The translations under genes and the position numbers were made by a program. Of a stretch of DNA of 64,000 bases, positions 28,854 to 39,118 are shown in pieces. The stretch lies in the NCBI GenBank assembly GCA_051251855.1, contig JBPOGI010000005.1, forward strand, positions 294,742 to 358,741, read 5' to 3'. Source of the DNA: Roseibacillus sp. Lineage in GTDB: Bacteria > Verrucomicrobiota > Verrucomicrobiia > Verrucomicrobiales > Akkermansiaceae. The notes beneath the pieces were generated by a model, which worked only from the letters and a program-made list of their open reading frames with translations, was not told the DNA's origin and did not search any database. Position 1 is the first letter of the stretch; every line of letters starts with the position of its first letter.

Positions 28854-30875
28854 GTGATATCGGTGACGGAAGGAGGGCTCGGAGCGGGCTGGTTGGCGGA
28901 GGAGATGCAGAGCGTCTTTTCGGCGGAGGGGCGTTTGTCGTCGTCGGAGGACTTTGAGTATCGGCCGCAGCAGCAGCAAATGGCGGTGGCGGTGGCGGAG
29001 GCTTTGGCGACGGAGAGTTGTGTCGCGGTGGAAGCAGGCACGGGGGTGGGGAAGAGTTTAGCGTATTTGTTGCCGGCGGTGCGCTACGCTATTGAGGAGG
29101 GGCGGAAGGCGATTATTTCGACTCATACCATTAATTTGCAGGAGCAGCTGGTGCGGAAGGATTTGCCGCTGATTAAGAATTTGGTGCCGGGGGAGTGGGA
29201 CGCGGTGCTTTTGAAGGGGCGGGGGAATTATCTCTGTCCGATGCGGTTGCGGAGGGCTTGGGAGCAGCAGGGAGACTTGTTTGGCCAAGATGAGGCTTCG
29301 GAGTTGAAGCGGATTTGGGATTGGGCGGAGGGAACGCGCGAGGGGACGCTGAGTGATTTGGATTTTCAGCCTTCGCCAAAAGTTTGGGCGCAGGTGTGCA
29401 GCGAGTCACAGATTTGTACGCAGCGGTTTTGTGGGGCGAAGGGCAATTGTTTTTTTCAGCAGGCGTGGAAGCGGGCGGGAGAGGCGCGGGTGTTGGTGGT
29501 GAATCATACTCTCTTCTTTGCGCTCGCGGATTTGGATGGGCTGTTAGAGCCCGGTGGGGAGGATGGGGGCTTTCTTTTCCCGAGGGATTTTGTGGTCTTT
29601 GATGAGGCCCATACTTTGGAGAATGTGGCGGCGAGCCAGCTGGGGATTCGGCTGGCGGAAGGGGGCATGCGCTTTGATTTGCAGCGGCTTTATAATCCGA
29701 GGTCACGGAAAGGGGTGCTGCGAGCGCTGAATGATTCGATTGCGATTCAGGGAGTGGAGCGCGTCTTTGAGGAGATGGGAGAGTTCTTTCAGTTGGTGGG
29801 TCACGTGGTGGACTTCAAGGGGGAGTCGCGTGAGAGTCGAGTGAGGCAGCCAGATTTGGTTCCGAATACTTTGGCCGAGCCTTTGCGCGACCTTTGGGTG
29901 CGCTTGGAGGAAATGGCGGAAGGGATGGAGAAGGAGAGTGCCAGTCGTGGGGAGCTGTTAGATGGTGTGCGTCGCCTGCGGGAGGCGCATGGGGCTTTGC
30001 GGATGTTTCTGGAGCAGGAGGATGAGGGAAGTGTCTATTGGGTGGAGCGCAGTGGTCGAGATAGAGATGCGATTACGCTGCGTTCGGCGCCGGTGGAGGT
30101 GGCGGATCGCTTGCGGGATAGTCTTTTTGGGAGAGGTAAGCCGGTGATTTTGACGAGCGCGACTTTGGGGACAGGTGACCACCAGTTGAGTTACTTTCGG
30201 GAGCGCTTGGGGGCGCAGGAAGCGCGACCTGTCTTGATTGGAAGTCCGTTCGATTATCGCAAGCAGATGCAGGTCTATATTGCGAAGGGAATGCCGGAGC
30301 CGTCGGACCCCAAGTTCAGTGATGAGCTCCCCAAGTGGGTGGAGCACTTTATCCGGCAGACAGATGGAAAGGCCTTTGTGTTGTTCACGAGTTATGGGCT
30401 TTTACGTAAGACCGCGGAGGCGATGCGGCCGTTCTTCAAGAGTGAAGGAATTAAGTTGTTAGTGCAGGGAGAGGGGATGCCGAGGCATCGCATGGTGTCG
30501 GAGTTTCGAGAGGATTTGCACAGTGTATTGTTCGGCACTGACTCGTTTTGGACGGGGGTGGATGTGCCTGGGGAGGCTTTGAGTAATGTGATAGTGACGC
30601 GGTTGCCCTTTGCGGTGCCGGATCATCCGGTGGTGGCGTCGAGGATCGAGGCTATTGAGGCGTCAGGGGGGAATCCCTTTATGGATTATTCGGTGCCGGA
30701 GGCGGTGGTGAAGCTGCGGCAAGGGGTAGGGCGGCTGATTCGGTCGTCTAAGGATAAGGGGATTGTAGCGGTGTTGGACAATCGGGTGGTGACCAAGCGC
30801 TACGGGCGCATCTTTATTGAGGCTTTGCCGCAGGACGCGAAGGTGGAGTTCTTAGACGAGATTCCTGAGCACTAG
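28854..30875 (+). CDS. DinG/YoaA family Fe-S DNA helicase
   Basis: [15 protein letters not shown], Cys cluster, [19 protein letters not shown]. Confidence 0.95.
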   Translation: MISVTEGGLGAGWLAEEMQSVFSAEGRLSSSEDFEYRPQQQQMAVAVAEALATESCVAVEAGTGVGKSLAYLLPAVRYAIEEGRKAIISTHTINLQEQLVRKDLPLIKNLVPGEWDAVLLKGRGNYLCPMRLRRAWEQQGDLFGQDEASELKRIWDWAEGTREGTLSDLDFQPSPKVWAQVCSESQICTQRFCGAKGNCFFQQAWKRAGEARVLVVNHTLFFALADLDGLLEPGGEDGGFLFPRDFVVFDEAHTLENVAASQLGIRLAEGGMRFDLQRLYNPRSRKGVLRALNDSIAIQGVERVFEEMGEFFQLVGHVVDFKGESRESRVRQPDLVPNTLAEPLRDLWVRLEEMAEGMEKESASRGELLDGVRRLREAHGALRMFLEQEDEGSVYWVERSGRDRDAITLRSAPVEVADRLRDSLFGRGKPVILTSATLGTGDHQLSYFRERLGAQEARPVLIGSPFDYRKQMQVYIAKGMPEPSDPKFSDELPKWVEHFIRQTDGKAFVLFTSYGLLRKTAEAMRPFFKSEGIKLLVQGEGMPRHRMVSEFREDLHSVLFGTDSFWTGVDVPGEALSNVIVTRLPFAVPDHPVVASRIEAIEASGGNPFMDYSVPEAVVKLRQGVGRLIRSSKDKGIVAVLDNRVVTKRYGRIFIEALPQDAKVEFLDEIPEH

Positions 30876-30881
30876 AGCGAG

Positions 30882-31574
30882 CTATGGCGCGACCGTGATG
30901 GGAGGGGTGGCGGCAAGGACCTGCTTTAAAAGGGGAGCAGGCCATTGTCCGGGGGCGGTAGGCTCGGCGCCGAGGAATCCGTAGTTGAGGAGAGAGCCGT
31001 GTTGAGCGGCCAGAATGCGAGAGACAGGTCCATAGGGCCCCATGCCCATGAGGGAAAAGGGTGACCCACTCATGTCTGCGAGAAGAGACTCGAAGAGAGT
31101 CAGATCTACCGGGTCTTTGACGGTCACGGCTGCCTTGGCGACGTCAGCACCGGAGGCCTGAGCGCGGGCAATGGTATCAATCGTCGTCATATGGTCAAAG
31201 CCGATGAAGTCGTGGTTGGAGAGCACGATCTTGATGTCTTGCGACTTTGCTTCGGTGAGGAGGCTCGAGAAGGAGTCGGCATTGGCGAACTCCACGTCAA
31301 TCGCGGCGGCAAAGGGCAGCAGTGATTGCAGGAGCGATGCTCTTTCCTCGTGGGAGAGGGAATTCAAGCCTCCCTCACTGGGATCGCGAGCAGTGATAAG
31401 TAGGGGGATACTCTTGCTATGGCGCTTGGCGAATTCGATCACATTTTGACCTGCTCCAAGGGCATCGAGTCGGAGTTCGATTAAATCTGCGCTCTCGGGA
31501 CCGAAGGTATTGGTAAGAGCTTTTTCATCTGTAATGGCACCGACAGTGAGCGGTAGGGAAGAGAAAGTGAGCAC
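30882..31574 (-). CDS. aroD: Type I 3-dehydroquinate dehydratase
   Basis: IELRLD, ITARDPSEGG, SNHDF, VAKAA, MGMG..G.VSR, APGQ. Confidence 0.9.
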   Translation of the reverse strand: MLTFSSLPLTVGAITDEKALTNTFGPESADLIELRLDALGAGQNVIEFAKRHSKSIPLLITARDPSEGGLNSLSHEERASLLQSLLPFAAAIDVEFANADSFSSLLTEAKSQDIKIVLSNHDFIGFDHMTTIDTIARAQASGADVAKAAVTVKDPVDLTLFESLLADMSGSPFSLMGMGPYGPVSRILAAQHGSLLNYGFLGAEPTAPGQWPAPLLKQVLAATPPITVAP

Positions 31575-31730
31575 AGGCGCGAGCTTTCAATGAACAAGGA
31601 AGGAAAGCGAGTGCAAGTTTGTGAATGCACCATGTGAATACGGAAAAAACACAGAAATTTTTGCAAGAATTCTGCTCGCCAAGCGAGGATGAGACCAACT
31701 AGGTTCATTGAAGCTCGATACTTTCACACT

Positions 31731-32345
31731 ATGAGAACAATTACTGTATTCCGAAAATTTTTGGTGGTCGCCAGCTTGGCGTTTTTCACCGCCTCCCTTC
31801 AGGCGCAAGAGGCCAAGGTGGACGTCGATGACGTGAAATACGAAGACTTGGAGTCTCCCGAGTTCGGAGGAAATACCGGTAAGAAAAGCTGGAAGCCGAA
31901 AAATTGGTTAGAGGCTGAGGTCAAGCTCAAGGCGGAAGTGGCACGCAAGAGTGATAAGAAGTTTTTGGACCGCTTAGTGATCAAGTGGTATGTGGCGGTG
32001 AAGAATCCGGATGGGAAGGGCGTGTCTCTCCTTGAGAAGGATATCACCTACATCAACATTCCTGTCGACGAGGACGTTTATGCTTCCGTCTATCTTTCTC
32101 CAGGAGCGATTATGCGGATTACTGGTGGTGACCGAGCGGGTAAGAGTAATATCGAGGCCATTGCTGGCGAGGTGACCTATAACGGTGCCAAAGTGGGCGA
32201 ATTTAATAGCATGGGTACTAAGAAGTGGTGGACCGCTGCTTCTGTTTCTCGCAACGATAGCATTCCTCTTCTTGCTAAGAGTGAGACGCCTTTTAAGTTT
32301 TTGTGGTGGGACCGTTACCTTGAGGAAGAGCCTCCACGTCGCTAA
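31731..32345 (+). CDS. Amuc_1102-like exported pilus-system protein
   Basis: Signal peptide; KPKNWLEAE, ETPF..LWWDRY; first gene of the PilM-secretin cluster. Confidence 0.75.
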   Translation: MRTITVFRKFLVVASLAFFTASLQAQEAKVDVDDVKYEDLESPEFGGNTGKKSWKPKNWLEAEVKLKAEVARKSDKKFLDRLVIKWYVAVKNPDGKGVSLLEKDITYINIPVDEDVYASVYLSPGAIMRITGGDRAGKSNIEAIAGEVTYNGAKVGEFNSMGTKKWWTAASVSRNDSIPLLAKSETPFKFLWWDRYLEEEPPRR

Positions 32346-32427
32346 CTTATTTTTTACTTAGAAGCAGATTTGATTTCTCTGTTCCGGCTTGCTGGAACTC
32401 CAACCGAAGACCCTAGAATACACACCT

Positions 32428-34308
32428 ATGGCTGATTCCCAGTCGACTATCGCACTTAATATTGGCTCGCAGCGCATCTCGATGGCTGCCTTCTCTCCTA
32501 AAAAAGGGGGAGGATTGATTCTCAAAAAATATCAGGAAATTGACATTCTGGCAGACCCTTCAGCCGAAGGAATGCGCAACGCAGAAGTGCGGGGCGCTGT
32601 TGCTCAGCTGGCTAAGTCACTGAAGACTGGTAAGGACAAGGTTCGCGCCTGTGTTCCTGGCCACTCGGTGATTACCAAATTCGTCAAGCTACCGCCGATT
32701 GATAGCGATGACCTTACAGAGTTGGTCACGATGGAAGCGGCTCAGCAAATTCCTTTTCCTCTCGACGATGGTGCCTGGGATTGGGCAGCGCTTGAGGGTG
32801 GAGGGATTGAGAAAGAAGTCCTTCTCGTTGCGATTCGTCAGGAAGTTCTGGACGATATCAGCGAATCTGTTTCTGGAGCTGGCTTGAGTCTTAAAGAGGT
32901 CGATTCTGCTCCTACCGCGCTTTTCAATGCCTTTCGTTACAACTATCCGGACGTCACAGAGCCTGTCTTGCTGGTCGATATCGGCGCGAAGTCTACGGAA
33001 TTGATTTACATCGAAGGCAACAAGCTTTTCATTCAGGGGGTCAACTCTCCTGGAACAACAGGAGCGAGCCTCACCTCGGCTATTGCCAAGGAATTTGGGG
33101 TCTCGTTCGCTGAAGCAGAGGCTCACAAGGTCGGTAGTGGCGTTGTCAGCTTGGGGAGCACTGAAGGGATGGACGAAGCCACTGCGGCGCTCGCCTCTTT
33201 CATTCGCAACTCAGTCAATCGTCTTCCCGGTGAGATTTCCCGCCGTACGAATTTTTATCGTTCCCAGCAGGGCGGTAATGCTCCCACGAAGGTCTACGTT
33301 GCTGGAGGTGGAGCCAACCTTGGTTACTTGGTTGATTTCCTTCAGGAAAAGCTTTCTCTCCCTGTCGAGCCATTCAATCCGCTTCGTCGAGTATCTGTTG
33401 CTGATGAGTCTCTCGCTTCGAAAGCTCATCAACTCGGAGAACTAGTAGGCCTTGGAGTTGAAGGTGCAGGCAAAGCGGAACTCCACATCGATCTCGTGCC
33501 GACGGCCCTTGGTGCCGAGCGCGCGAGCGCTCGTCGTAAGCCTTGGTTACTTGCTGCCTCAGGAATTCTTGTCGCCGGTTTGGGCATTTGGGCTGCTACT
33601 AAGTTTTTGGCAGCAAATAATGCTCAGTCAAAACTTGATGCCATGATTGAGCGAGAAGAAGAGCTGGCCCCGTTTGCAGGTAAGTTAGCTGATTGGGACG
33701 ACTCAGTTTATGGAATCGAGCAAATTGGAGCTGAGTTTGCCCAGTATCAGGACAGTCGGACATCTTGGGTCGGGGTTCTGAACGAAATTCGTGGTTATTT
33801 TGCGAGTGAAACAATTTGGATCACGGAGCTACGTCCTTATGTCAACTACGTCCCAGGAAGTTCTGACTCTGGAAAATCTTATGCCAAGGGTGGTTTCGAG
33901 CGCCTAGCCTATGGAGAAACCTTCGTCGACGCCAAGAGCCGAGAAGGTAAGAACCTTGTTGGGGAGCCTTCCATCAATGCCATTAGGATCGACGGATATT
34001 GGCGGTCTGGGGTTGATGGAAAAGATCACCGTGCGGTAAATGAAGTTCTTGAGCGCATTAAAGCAGGAGTGACAGCGGCGAATAGTGCGACCGAGGACAG
34101 CGAAGAAGAGATCGAACCAGATACCTTCTTCCAACTAACGAAGGTTGATCCTGAAACAGGGGATGAAGTTTCGCTCTCGGATCCTGAGATATTGACCAAC
34201 AACAACACAACTCTCGCGGAGGAAACCTATGGTGCTCCCTTCACGATGATTTTGCCATTGCGGGAGCCCATTCCGTTTGTCGAAGCCATCAAGGGAAAGA
34301 ACCTCTAA
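32428..34308 (+). CDS. Amuc_1101-like PilM (actin-fold) protein with fused TM/PilN-like region
   Basis: ALNIGSQ, EAAQQIPFP, VDIGAKST, AGGGA, FNP, then TM helix and periplasmic region. Confidence 0.88.
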   Translation: MADSQSTIALNIGSQRISMAAFSPKKGGGLILKKYQEIDILADPSAEGMRNAEVRGAVAQLAKSLKTGKDKVRACVPGHSVITKFVKLPPIDSDDLTELVTMEAAQQIPFPLDDGAWDWAALEGGGIEKEVLLVAIRQEVLDDISESVSGAGLSLKEVDSAPTALFNAFRYNYPDVTEPVLLVDIGAKSTELIYIEGNKLFIQGVNSPGTTGASLTSAIAKEFGVSFAEAEAHKVGSGVVSLGSTEGMDEATAALASFIRNSVNRLPGEISRRTNFYRSQQGGNAPTKVYVAGGGANLGYLVDFLQEKLSLPVEPFNPLRRVSVADESLASKAHQLGELVGLGVEGAGKAELHIDLVPTALGAERASARRKPWLLAASGILVAGLGIWAATKFLAANNAQSKLDAMIEREEELAPFAGKLADWDDSVYGIEQIGAEFAQYQDSRTSWVGVLNEIRGYFASETIWITELRPYVNYVPGSSDSGKSYAKGGFERLAYGETFVDAKSREGKNLVGEPSINAIRIDGYWRSGVDGKDHRAVNEVLERIKAGVTAANSATEDSEEEIEPDTFFQLTKVDPETGDEVSLSDPEILTNNNTTLAEETYGAPFTMILPLREPIPFVEAIKGKNL

Positions 34309-34326
34309 AGAATTTTTGAGACTAGA

Positions 34327-35331
34327 ATGAAGGAAAACGGATTTGCAATCGGATTGCTGGTAGGAACCCTTGTGATTGGAGGCGGCTTGGTCGCGCTCGG
34401 TCTGAGTCAAGGAAAGCGCTACGCAGGGATTCAGTCGGAGTATAGTGATGTAAAGGGGAGTGTTGAAAAGATGGCCAAAGTGCGGCCATTCCCTACCCAA
34501 GAAAATTTGGAGGAGCGAAAGACGGAAGTGAAGACCTTCCGTGGGAAAGTGGAGGGTCTTCAGAATACTGTTCAGAACTTCCGTCCCGAGAATCTTGAGA
34601 AGATATCTCCCTCAGAATTCCAGAACCGCTTGGTAACAAAGACTGCTGCGATTAAGGCGCTCTTTGAAGAAAAAGGAATTAGTTTCCCAGAGCAGTTTGG
34701 TTTCGGAATGGAGTCTTATCTCGATGCGTTGGCAAACCCCGATGCGACCGCCAAATTGAACTATCAATTGGAGGCCTCGGATTGGCTGTTTCGTCAGATT
34801 GCCAAAGTCGAGACTTATGAGATTCGTAACGTGGTGAGAGAAGCCCTTCCCTCAGAGAGTGGCAAGGTTTGGACTCAAGAGTTTGAGGATAGCCGGGAAC
34901 CTATTCCTCTCGCGCAGAGTCTTCCCATGGAAGTTGTTTTTCTCGCTGATGAGCCTGCGGTAAACGCCCTGGTGGACGCTCTGGTCGATTCCAAAAAATA
35001 TTTCTTCACTATCGATATGATTCGTATCGGTAACGAAAATACCTCGGCTCCCATCCGAGCTCAGGCCGGCCTCGAAGAATCCGAGGAGGTAGAGGAAGAT
35101 GGCGGAGGCGGAGGCTTTGGAGGATTTGGAGACTTCGAATTCGAAGATGAAGCTGCCGAGGATGCAGAAGAAGCAGTCGAAGAAGAGCCCGTGATTGAGG
35201 ATGAAGAAGCTCCTCTCGTCGAAACTGGACGTATTTTAGGGCAAGTCCTTGGAAATGAAGGGAACTACGTCGGACTTCAGTTGCGACTTCTTCTTTTCAC
35301 TGAGCCCGTAGAGCTCCCTGAATTTAACTAA
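34327..35331 (+). CDS. Amuc_1100-like pilus-system protein (PilO position)
   Basis: N-terminal TM, coiled coil, PFPTQENL, FGMESY; synteny. Confidence 0.78.
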   Translation: MKENGFAIGLLVGTLVIGGGLVALGLSQGKRYAGIQSEYSDVKGSVEKMAKVRPFPTQENLEERKTEVKTFRGKVEGLQNTVQNFRPENLEKISPSEFQNRLVTKTAAIKALFEEKGISFPEQFGFGMESYLDALANPDATAKLNYQLEASDWLFRQIAKVETYEIRNVVREALPSESGKVWTQEFEDSREPIPLAQSLPMEVVFLADEPAVNALVDALVDSKKYFFTIDMIRIGNENTSAPIRAQAGLEESEEVEEDGGGGGFGGFGDFEFEDEAAEDAEEAVEEEPVIEDEEAPLVETGRILGQVLGNEGNYVGLQLRLLLFTEPVELPEFN

Positions 35332-35350
35332 GAAAAACACGCACCAGAAC

Positions 35351-36376
35351 ATGAAAGACAAATACGAAAAAGTTCTCTTGGGTGTCGCAGCCTTGATCGC
35401 CATCGCAATGATTGTGCTCGGCGTGATGAAGCTGGGAAAAGTTGAGGAAGAATTTCCATCTGCGAATGAAAGACAGTTAGGCGCACCTCCCATTAGTGCG
35501 GAGAAGAAAATTGCGAATGCAATTTCGACCCTTTCTAAGCCGCCATCGCTCAGTCCAGTTAGAAACGCAAAGGGACGAGAAGTAGATGTGTTTACGGGGG
35601 TGAATCTCTTCGTTCGAAGAGGAGAAGATGTGCCGAAGGATATCGATGAAGAAAAAACCGAGCCGATTCATCCTCCTATTCCTAACAAATGGTGGCTGAA
35701 CAATGGTCTAGAAGAAGAAATCGGCTATGGCGATGCGCCTCAGCTTGATTTCGACAAGGATGGCTTTTCGAACAGAGAAGAATTTGAAGAGAAGACTAAT
35801 CCCAACGATAAGAATAGCTTTCCGTCACTTTTCGCAAAAGTGAAGGTTGCGAGTATCGACAAAGAGCAATGGTATCTCCGATTCTCAGATTTCGGAGGAG
35901 GCGCTTTGAGTTTCCGGATTGAGGGGTCAGCTGATAAAGGGACGCGCAAAGTTGAGAACCGGATGAAAGGCGGCAAAGCGATTATGCCAGGCGAAACTTT
36001 CTTCGACGAAGAACCCTTCAAAGGGCGCTTTAAGTTTGTTGAAAAGATCGAGAAGGAAGTGCGTGGAATTCCCAAGCCCTTTGCTCGAGTCGAGGATCTG
36101 AAGCCAGGCAAAGGCAACATCGTTCACGAATTCGCATCGGGAGCTCACAAAGTGCTTAAAGATGACTACACAGCTCGTCTCTATCTCGACACTCCCGACC
36201 AGCGGGACACTAAATTCGAGATTGAAGAGGGAATGCCTTTTTCATTGCCCTTTGATCCAGACGCCAAAGAGAAACCTTATACCCTTAAGAAAATAGGGGG
36301 CGATGGCACTTCAGCCCTTCTTCTCTGGGAGAATAACGGCGAGACCAAGGAGCTTGAGCTCAAGGTCGAAAACTAG
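35351..36376 (+). CDS. Amuc_1099-like pilus-system protein
   Basis: YEKVLL TM anchor, HPPIPNKWW, DFDKDGFSNREEF repeat; synteny. Confidence 0.78.
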   Translation: MKDKYEKVLLGVAALIAIAMIVLGVMKLGKVEEEFPSANERQLGAPPISAEKKIANAISTLSKPPSLSPVRNAKGREVDVFTGVNLFVRRGEDVPKDIDEEKTEPIHPPIPNKWWLNNGLEEEIGYGDAPQLDFDKDGFSNREEFEEKTNPNDKNSFPSLFAKVKVASIDKEQWYLRFSDFGGGALSFRIEGSADKGTRKVENRMKGGKAIMPGETFFDEEPFKGRFKFVEKIEKEVRGIPKPFARVEDLKPGKGNIVHEFASGAHKVLKDDYTARLYLDTPDQRDTKFEIEEGMPFSLPFDPDAKEKPYTLKKIGGDGTSALLLWENNGETKELELKVEN

Positions 36377-36448
36377 AAAAACTCTCTCAACCAAAAAATA
36401 GACTTCACAAACACCCTCCTTTTGAGGGACTCTACATCACACCAAATC

Positions 36449-39022
36449 ATGCAGCACACCACAACGCGCTTACACGCAGGATTACTGGCGCTCGTCTTTA
36501 CTGCGGCGCCACTCTCATACAGCTCAGGCCAAAGCCTGCTCGCTCAAGAGAGAATTCGCCGTGAAGCAGCGACACAACAAGCCGTGGACCTCCTTATGGA
36601 AGGTCGTAAATCCTATGCTTCTAAGGACTACGAAGAAGCAGTTCGACACTATAAGGACGCTCTAAACACTCTTCCTTTTGGTCCCAAGACCGAAGTGAAG
36701 CGAAATGAAATAACAGCGCACCTTGCTGATGGCAGTGTTGCCTTGGCTCAGCAATTTCGTCGCACAGGCAAATATGATGAGGCAAAGGGGCTCTTGAATG
36801 ATGTTCTGTTGGTCGATCCTGAGCGCTTCCAAGCTCAGAAGTCACTCGAGTATTTTGACGACCCGATTCGCACGAATCCTTCTCTCACTCACGAACATTC
36901 TCAGAATGTCGACGAAGTTCGTCGTCTACTCTATAAAGGTGAAGGGTTTTACAATCTTGCCGATTATGACAACGCAGAGAAGCAGTTCCATGCTGTTCTT
37001 CGCATTGATGGCTACAACAAAGCTGCTCGTCGCTGGTTAGAGCGTTGCGCGAGTATCAAGGCTGATTACTACCGTGCTGCCTATGACCACACTCGCGCTC
37101 AACTTCTCATGGAGGTTGATAAAGCATGGGAACTGACTGTTCCTTCTGTTGCCGAGCAAGGTGATTTTGTTACCAATCAAGGTGGAGATCGTGGGAATGG
37201 CCGCACCGTCAATATCACCAATAAGCTTCAGAATATTATCATTCCACGTGTCGACTTTGCCGATACTCCTCTTGATGAAGCGATGGAGTATCTCACTCAG
37301 AAGTCAATCGAACTCGATCCGGATCCGGATCCAGACCGTAAGGGAATTAACTTTGTTATCGAAAAAGGAAGTGTCAGCGCTGGTTCTGCTGGTGTTGACG
37401 AAGACCTAGGTGGTGGTGGTTTGTTGCTCGGCGACGACCCTAGCAGCAAAAAAATCGATGTTCTTCAACTGCGCAACGTTCCTTTAGCGACTGTGCTGGA
37501 GTATGTTTGTAGTAAAACCGGTCTTCGTTATCGTGTTGACTCTTACGCTGTTACTCTCTTGCCAATCGGCAGTGAGGGAAGCGCGGACCTGGTTTCTCGT
37601 TCATGGACTGTTCCTCCAACATTCCGGACCGATATCTCAGGCGATGGCTCTGACGGCGGTGGCGGCGGAGACGCAGATCCATTTGCCAGCGACGAAGGTC
37701 TTGGCGGCGGCGGTTTGGTCGCTCGTAAGACAGTTAAAGAACTTTTGAGCGACAGTGGGGTTGATTTCCCCGATGGCTCAAGTGCTCGTTACATTTCAAG
37801 CTCATCCAGTTTATTTGTTCGAAACACGGTCTCAAACTTGGACATCGTCGACCAAATTGTAGAGAACATGAAGAATCAGACTCCGAAGCAGATTCGGATC
37901 ATGACCAAATTCGTTGAAGTCTCACAGGAGAACACCGACGAATTAGGATTTGATTGGTTGATTAGCCCATTTGGAGTCTCTAGCGAGTTCAATGTTGGTG
38001 GTGGAACGACCAGTAACGGCGCTGCTCGCACTGCAACGGACTTCGTCGCTAACGCAGGCTCTCAACTTCTTCCCTCTGATGGACAAGCGCTTTCAGGGAA
38101 CAGCACTGCTGGTCTTCGTTCAGGTGACTTTGCCATTGGACAGGACAGTATCGATTCGGTTCTTAATAACCCCAATCGTAATGCTCAAACGAATACAGTA
38201 GCTCCTGGTATCTTGTCTCTCACAGGACTCTTCTCAAGTGGTCAAGTGCAGATGATTATGCGCGGTCTCGCTCAGAAGAAGGGCACTGACATCATGACTG
38301 CACCTAGCGTGCTTGCTCGTTCGGGAGAAACGGCCACGATTGAAATCATTCGTGAGTTTATTTACCCTACAGAATACGAACCACCAGAACTTCCTAACAA
38401 CGTCGGCACGACTGGTGGACTCGGTGGAGCTGGAACTGGAGCGGGAATTTTCCCTGTAACTCCTGCAACTCCCACTGCGTTCGAAACACGTAACACGGGT
38501 GTAACACTTGAAATCCAGCCTACAATTGGAGCCAACGACTACGTCATTGACCTTCGATTCGCCCCTGAGATTGTTGAGTTCGAAGGATTCATTAACTACG
38601 GAAGCCCAATTACTTCGCCAGCATCAGATGCTTTTGGAAACCCCATCAGTATTACGATTACGGAAAACCGTATTGAGATGCCTGTCTTTGCAAGTCGTCG
38701 TGTTAATACCGGTCTTACGATCTATGATGGTCACACGGTCGCAGTTGGTGGCTTGATGCGCGAAGATGTGCAACGTGTTGAAGACAAAGTGCCTATTTTT
38801 GGAGACCTTCCATGGATTGGTCGTCTTTTCCAAAGTCACTCTGAGAATCACATCAAGAGTAACCTCATCATCTTTGTGACTGCTGAGATTATCGATGCGA
38901 CTGGCCGTCCTATCAATGGCTCGAATACGGGCATTGATGACCCAAGTGGTGGAGGAAATTCATTCTCAGCTCCTGCTGGACTGGATGCCGGTCTCCTACC
39001 GCCGCTTGATTCCGGTAAGTAA
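36449..39022 (+). CDS. Amuc_1098-like outer-membrane secretin (PilQ/GspD family) with N-terminal TPRs
   Basis: TKFVEV, ELGFDW, APSVLARSGETATI, GVTLEIQP, GGLMRE, KVPIFGDLPWIGRLF. Confidence 0.93.
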   Translation: MQHTTTRLHAGLLALVFTAAPLSYSSGQSLLAQERIRREAATQQAVDLLMEGRKSYASKDYEEAVRHYKDALNTLPFGPKTEVKRNEITAHLADGSVALAQQFRRTGKYDEAKGLLNDVLLVDPERFQAQKSLEYFDDPIRTNPSLTHEHSQNVDEVRRLLYKGEGFYNLADYDNAEKQFHAVLRIDGYNKAARRWLERCASIKADYYRAAYDHTRAQLLMEVDKAWELTVPSVAEQGDFVTNQGGDRGNGRTVNITNKLQNIIIPRVDFADTPLDEAMEYLTQKSIELDPDPDPDRKGINFVIEKGSVSAGSAGVDEDLGGGGLLLGDDPSSKKIDVLQLRNVPLATVLEYVCSKTGLRYRVDSYAVTLLPIGSEGSADLVSRSWTVPPTFRTDISGDGSDGGGGGDADPFASDEGLGGGGLVARKTVKELLSDSGVDFPDGSSARYISSSSSLFVRNTVSNLDIVDQIVENMKNQTPKQIRIMTKFVEVSQENTDELGFDWLISPFGVSSEFNVGGGTTSNGAARTATDFVANAGSQLLPSDGQALSGNSTAGLRSGDFAIGQDSIDSVLNNPNRNAQTNTVAPGILSLTGLFSSGQVQMIMRGLAQKKGTDIMTAPSVLARSGETATIEIIREFIYPTEYEPPELPNNVGTTGGLGGAGTGAGIFPVTPATPTAFETRNTGVTLEIQPTIGANDYVIDLRFAPEIVEFEGFINYGSPITSPASDAFGNPISITITENRIEMPVFASRRVNTGLTIYDGHTVAVGGLMREDVQRVEDKVPIFGDLPWIGRLFQSHSENHIKSNLIIFVTAEIIDATGRPINGSNTGIDDPSGGGNSFSAPAGLDAGLLPPLDSGK

Positions 39023-39052
39023 AACTGAGTCTTTTAGCTATTCATTTACCTC

Positions 39053-39085
39053 AAAGTCTGATGGTTTCGGCCATCAGGCTTTCTT
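39053..39085 (+). terminator. Intrinsic terminator with UUCG loop ending the pilus operon
   Basis: AAAGTCTGATGGT-TTCG-GCCATCAGGCTTTCTT. Confidence 0.8.
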
Positions 39086-39118
39086 GTTCCAAAGGGCCCC
39101 CATTTTTCAACCAATCCG

